From: Candidatus Aminicenantes bacterium
GTDB taxonomy: Bacteria; Acidobacteriota; Aminicenantia; Aminicenantales; Saccharicenantaceae
Reading direction: 5' to 3'
NCBI GenBank assembly: GCA_963843505.1
Contig: CAWJKR010000013.1
Location: 146,350-210,349 of the forward strand
Length of the DNA stretch: 64,000 nt
In this document: positions 59,208-64,000 of the stretch, one piece after another
Layout: each line of letters begins with the position of its first letter
How positions within the stretch are numbered: position 1 is the stretch's first letter
Program-made: the position numbers and the translations under genes
Notes under the pieces: model-generated
Database searches by the model: none
What the model saw: only the letters and a program-made list of their open reading frames with translations
What the model was told of the DNA's origin: nothing

Positions 59208-61930
59208 TTACTTGTCCTTGGCCTGGTCGACGGCAGTGAAGACGCGCATGAAGTTGCCGCCGAGGATCTTGCGGATATCGGCGGGCTTGTAGCCGCGGCG
59301 GACGAGCTCCTTGGTGATGTTCGGAAGCAGGCCGGCGTTCTCGAGCCCCTTCGGCGTGACGCTGATGCCGTCGAAGTCCGAGCCCAGCCCGACGTGGTCG
59401 GCGTCGCCCGTCACCTTGACGACGTGGTCGATGTGATCGACGACGGTCTTGACGTCGACCGGGGGCAGCGTTCTCTGGAGCTCGGCCCAGCGCTTCCTGA
59501 AGTCGGCGTTGACGGCGTCGCGCACGGCCGGCTCGAGCTGGGCGATGGCGATCCAGCCCTCCGGCAGGCCGTGCTCCTTGGCGACCTTGGCGAGAAGCTC
59601 GGTTTCGGCCCGGTCGATCTTGTCGTTGAGGAAACCGGGCCAGAAGTTGATGCCGATGACGCCGTTCTTCTCGGCCAGGGCCTTGAGCATCTCGTCGCTC
59701 AGGTTCCGATGATGGGGCGCGAGGGCCCGGCAGCACGAGTGGGAGGCGACGACGGGCGCCTTCGACAGGCGCAGGACGTCCCAGAAGGTCTCGTCGTGGG
59801 AGTGGGAGACATCGATGATCATGCCCAGCCTGTTCATCTCGGCGACGACCTTCTCGCCGAATTCCGTGAGCCCGCCGTGGACGGGCTTGGGGTCGCCCGA
59901 GGCGTCGGCCCAGTCCGTCGCCGTCCAGTGGGTCAGCGTCATCAGCCTGACGCCGGCCCGATGGAACTCGCGCAGGAGAACGAGGTCGTTCTCGATGGCG
60001 TAGCCGCCCTCGATCCCGATGAGGACGCCGGTCTTGCTGTCGTTGCGGGCCGTCGTCGCCTCCTGGGGCGAGAGGACGAGGGCCAGGCGGTCCGGGTTCT
60101 TCCCGACCAGGCCGCGGACCGCTTCGATCTGGGCGAAGACCTTGTTGGACGACTGGAATTTCTCCTGGTCGTTCGACGGCGGCGGGGCGAAGCAGGCGAA
60201 GACCTGGAGGTCGACGCCGCCGCGCTCGAGCTTGGGGACGTCGATGTGTCCCTTGGGCAGGTCCTTGCTCAGGTCCTCGCCGGCCATGGCCCGGGCGATG
60301 GTGTCGCAGTGCATGTCGACGACGGCCGCGTCGCGGTGGAGGAAAAGCGTCCGATGGACGGGGTCGAGGAGGTTCTCGCGGCTCGCGGCCAGCTGGCGGA
60401 GGATGTCGCAGTGATACTGGCTGGCTTCGCGCAGGCGCTCGGGGTCGATCAGGCCGGGGCCGTCCCCCGGCATGTGGTACTCGGGGTGCTCGTCGTCGAG
60501 CATCTCGGTCAGGACCTCCCCGCTGCGGAGGCTGATGGCCGGCACGTCCTTGCCCCAGAACGAGGTGTGGTCCGAGCCGCGGTAGTTCGGCCGGGGCTTG
60601 AGCCTGGCGATCGTCTCCGCGTCGAGGCCGCGCTTGACGATCTCGAAGAGCTCGGCGAATTCGGTCATGCCGCCGACGAGGAGATCGCTGTCGCCCGTCC
60701 CGACCATGTCGATGTTCATGTAGAGGACGGTCTTGTCGAGGGGGACCACCGGGTGCTCGGTGTAGTAGCGCGAGCCCTGGAGCCCGAGCTCCTCGCCGGC
60801 CCAGGAGCCGAAGACGATGGTCCGGGCCGGCTTGAAGCCGGCCTCGTGGAGGGCCCGGGCCGTCTCGAGCACGACCGCCGCCGAGCCGGCGTTGTCGTCC
60901 GCGCCGGGGTAGATCCAGCCGTCGATGCCGACGCCGAGGTGGTCGAGATGGCCGCCCATGACGAGGGCCTCGCTCTTGAGCTTGGGGTCGGTCCCGGGCA
61001 GGATGCCGATGACGTTCGGGGCCGTCCGCTCGCCGGAGACGAAGTGGGCCTCCATCTCGGCCTCGACGCCGAGGTCGAGCGTGAACGACCGCTTGAGGCG
61101 GAGGGTCTTGCTGACGAGGTCCCGCCAGCTCTTGCCGACGAGATAGAACGCGTCGTTGAGGAAATCGCGTCCGGCCCGCATGACGACGAAGCCCTCGGGG
61201 CACTGGCCCGGAGTGAGCAGTGCCGGGCCGCGGCCGCCGCTGGCCCGGCTGGCGGGGTTCGCCGGGCGTCGAAAGGTCCATCTCGATGAGGCCGACGGCG
61301 CCTTTCTCGGCGGCGGTCTTGACCTTCTTGGCGAAGGTCCAGGCGGCCTTGGCCTCGTTGCCGAACGAGTCGGGGAGGTCGGGCAGGACCAGGACGATCT
61401 TGCCTTTGACGTCGACCGACGCGTAGTCGTCCCAGCCATCCTTTTCCGAGACGACGCCGTATCCGGCGAAGGCGAGCCCGCCGCGGACGACGCCCGAGCC
61501 GGTGCCGCTCGACGGGCGCGAAGTCGCGGCCGCGGCCGGCGAAATAGACGCGAGGCGCGGGCGCCAGGATCTCGAGGCGGATGGGCTGCTCGAAGTCCGT
61601 CCAGGTCTTGAACGGGACCTCCTGGAACCAGGTCCCGTTGTCGCCGCCCGGCTTGAGGCCGGCCTTTTTCATCTCGGCGGCCACGTACTCGGCGGCCCGG
61701 CGGTATTCGGGCGTGCCGGACTTCCGGCCCTTGAACTCGTTCGAGGCGAGGAACGCGACGTGGGCGAAGGCTTTCGCGCCGTCGGCGACGGGCCGGACGG
61801 CGGCCCGCTCGGCCGCGCCCGCGCCGGGGACGCCCGCGGACGGGGACAGGACGAGGTAGGCGGCGATGGCGGCGAACGAGACGAACAGGGCGAAGACGAG
61901 GGCGGAGGGGCGGGCGGTCGTGCGATTCAT
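59208..61930 (-). CDS. Fusion of an M28 aminopeptidase (PA domain) and an M19 membrane-dipeptidase domain, N-terminal third frameshifted
   Basis: N-terminus in 60716..61930 (signal ALVFALFVSFAAIAAYL). M28 motifs GGHLDHLG, GADDNAGSAAVVLE, GEELGLQGS, NIDMVG, SDHTSF. The frame continues in-frame (ASRENLLDPVHRTLFLHRDAAVVDMHCDT) into M19 motifs LIGIEGG, LTHW, IDVSH, ASHS and LGSDFDG. Confidence 0.75.
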
Positions 61931-63344
61931 GAGGGGTTCCTTTGGCTCGAGCTTTTTCGAGGGCGTCGGCGGCGGCCTTGCCGAAGCCTTCCGATACGGT
62001 CGGGTGGTTGTAGACCATGTCCTTGATGTCCTCGGCCCGGGCGCCCATCTTGATCGCCAGCGCGGCGAAGTGGATGATCTCGGAAGCGTCCTGGCCGGCG
62101 ATGTGGGCGCCGATGAGCCGGTGCGTCGCCCCGTCGAAGATGAGCTTGAAGAAGCCGGTGACGTTGGCGTCGAGGCAGGAGCGGACGAGGTCGTTGTAGC
62201 CGCACTCGCCGATGACGAGATCCCCGCCGCCGGCCCGGGCCCACTCCTCGGTCACGCCGACCGAGCCGACCTCCGGGTCGGTGTAGATGCCCCAAGGGGC
62301 GCAGCTGTAGTCCATCAGGACGTCGAGTCCCATGGCGTTCTCGGCCGCGACCCGGGCCTCGACGACGGCCATCGACGAGAGCATGAACCGGGCCAGGACG
62401 TCGCCGGCGGCGTAGATGCCCGGCGACCGACGTCTGCATCCGGTCGTCGACCTGGATCTCTCCCCGGGGGCCGGGAGCGATGCCGGCCGCGGCGAGGCCG
62501 AGCCCGTCCGTGTTCGGGAGGCGGCCGATGCCGACGATGATCCGGTCGAGCTCGATCGTCTCGCCGCCTTCGAGGACGGCGCGGGCCGGCCGTCGGCGCC
62601 GGAGGCCGGCGATCCCTTCGACGCGCTCGAGGCCGGCGCCGAGGACGAGGCGGATGCCACGCTTCTTGAGCTCGCGGGTGATGAGGGCGGCCACGTCGTG
62701 GTCCAGGCCGAGGAGGGCCCGATCCGCCTTTTCGACGATGACGACCTCGGAGCCGAGCGACCGGAAGATGAAGGCCAGCTCGCAGCCGATGACCCCGGCC
62801 CCGACGATGAGCAGGCGCGCCGGGGACGGCGTCCATGGCCGTGAGCTCGTCGGCGGAGAGGACGACCTTTCCGTCGAAGGGCAGGTCGGGCAGGGCGATG
62901 GGCCGCGAGCCCGTGGCGATGATCGTCCGGGGCGCGTCGATGACGCGTCGTCGTGCCGTCGGGAAGCCGGACCTCGATCTCGCGCGGGCCCTTGAACGAG
63001 GCCGTGCCGGTCAGCGTGGCGATGGCGTTCTTGCGGAGGAGCGTCGCCAGGACGCCGAGCTCGCACATCGTCGTCTTGTGGCGGCTGTCGAGGATGGTCT
63101 TGTAGTCGGCCTTGGCGTTCTCGACGACCGGGACGCCGTAGCGCTTGCCCTTCTTGAGGTTCTCCAGGAAGTGGGCGGCGTTGCTCAGGATCTTGCTGGG
63201 CAGGGTGCCGGTCCGGACGCAGCCGCCGCCGAGCTCGGCCTCGCGGTTGATCATGCAGACCTTGGCCCCGAGCTGGGCGGCGCGGAGGGCGGCCGAAATG
63301 CCGGCTTCGCCGCCGCCGATGACGATGATGTCGTAGTCGCTCAT
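61927..63344 (-). CDS. FAD-dependent pyridine-nucleotide-disulfide oxidoreductase, SthA/Lpd family (single-Cys active-site variant), frameshifted
   Basis: MSDYDIIVIGGGEAGISAALRAAQLGAKVCMINREAELGGGCVRTGTLPSK has Thr where Lpd has its second Cys, as I recall for E. coli SthA (GGGCTHWGTIPSK). The C-terminal dimerisation domain has YTDPEVGSVG and HPTVSE. Several frame changes near 62300-62950. Confidence 0.75.
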
Positions 63345-64000
63345 GCGGTCCTCGCTGCTCAGGGCCTCGGGACGCCTCAGCCCGGCGACGACTTCCTCGA
63401 AGGACGGGGGCGGCGGCGCCTCGACGGTGACGCGCTCGCCGGAGGGCAGGGCGAATTCGATGGCCAGGGCGTGGAGCATGAGGCGGGGCACGCGCTCCTG
63501 GCGGGCGCGGTCGCCGTAGCGGAGGTCGCCGAGGATGGGATGGCCGATGTGGTAGAGATGGACGCGGATCTGGTGGCGCCGGCCGGTCGACGGGTTGACG
63601 CGGAGCAGGGTCGCGCCGTCGAGCCGCTCGGCGATCTTCCACGCGGTCGACGACGGCTTGCCGCGCTTCGCGTCGACGCCCATGCGGCCGGAGCCGAACT
63701 CGCGGATCGGGGCGTTGATCTGGCCGCGGCTCACGGCCATCGTGCCGTCGACGAGGGCGAGGTAGGTCTTGCCGACCTCGCGGCGATCGAACTCGCCGTT
63801 GAGGCGGCGGTGGGCCGCGGCGTTCTTGGCGAAGACGATGACGCCGCTCGCGCCGCGGTCGAGGCGATGGACGGGATAGAGCTTGCCGGGATGGCGGTCC
63901 TTGAGGAGCTCCGGGAGGCCGCCCTTGCCGGCCTCGGCGAGCGGAGACGACGCCCTCGGGCTTATCGACGGCGAGGTAATCGTCCGTCTCGAAGAGGACC
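63345..64000 (-). CDS. RluA-family pseudouridine synthase, N-terminus outside the window
   Basis: VLFETDDYLAVDKPEGVV, LYPVHRLDRGASGVIVFAKN and TGRRHQIRVHLYHIGHPILGDLRYG. One frame change near 63940. No in-frame stop precedes the next gene, so the 3' end is approximate. Confidence 0.75.

Noticed and set aside
57168-61289. 1373-aa plus-strand ORF, one of the longest in the track
   Set aside because: It is antisense to clearly recognisable peptidase genes. Its translation is monotonous D/E/G/R/V/A/L-rich with no motifs, the usual shadow ORF of a GC-rich coding strand. The same reasoning applies to 13109..14413(-), 22233..23330(-), 25272..26552(-), 32387..33607(-), 34435..35790(+), 41419..42402(+), 43473..44465(+), 44994..46238(-), 48246..49364(+), 52442..53968(+) and 55189..56937(+).
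59208-63740. 1510-aa minus-strand ORF as a single giant protein
   Set aside because: It is a chimera. It reads through an RluA-family gene, an SthA-like gene (partly out of frame), out-of-frame peptidase sequence, and then the real M28-M19 frame. It is created by missing stops and indels in a stop-poor GC-rich frame. Only the last ~2.0 kb (M28 core plus M19) is a genuine continuous protein.

Overview
GC-rich bacterial window, probably from a diderm organism given the Wza-type exporter and an outer-membrane barrel. I saw no rRNA, CRISPR array, transposase or integrase. Positions 1-38.7 kb form one very large Wzx/Wzy-type exopolysaccharide (EPS) locus. It encodes a Wza/Wzc export pair, an OM beta-barrel, an initiating polyprenyl-phosphate sugar transferase and a WbpB/WbpE/WbpD-like amino-sugar trio. 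It also encodes an AlgD-type GDP-mannose 6-dehydrogenase, Wzy- and Wzx-like proteins, four glycosyltransferases, two deacetylase types and GNAT/FemAB-like transferases. Further genes are an AsnB-like protein, two NadE-like amidating enzymes and two paralogous beta-helix enzymes, one carrying 10 PKD modules. The most interesting signal is a dispersed Dlt-like acyl-relay set inside this locus. Its parts are an acyl carrier protein (12825), an AMP-ligase (34206-35777), an MBOAT (26549-27820), a membrane-anchored SGNH protein (22482) and a 49-codon ORF (22326-22475). That ORF is absent from the ORF track and ends in a DltX-type FIY motif (FIYVNF). A second oddity is a tRNA-like gene with a non-canonical anticodon loop, embedded in the operon directly after a FemAB/GNAT-like gene. 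The right 25 kb is mixed housekeeping: secreted peptidases including an M28-M19 fusion, PcnB, a VKOR-DsbA fusion, an NRAMP transporter, a PadR operon and a small lower-GC nucleotidyltransferase module. Many genes are broken by reading-frame changes. These cluster in some genes and are absent from several 4-kb stretches, so gene spans below are merged reconstructions from my own translation. All family calls come from motif recognition by eye; no searches were run.
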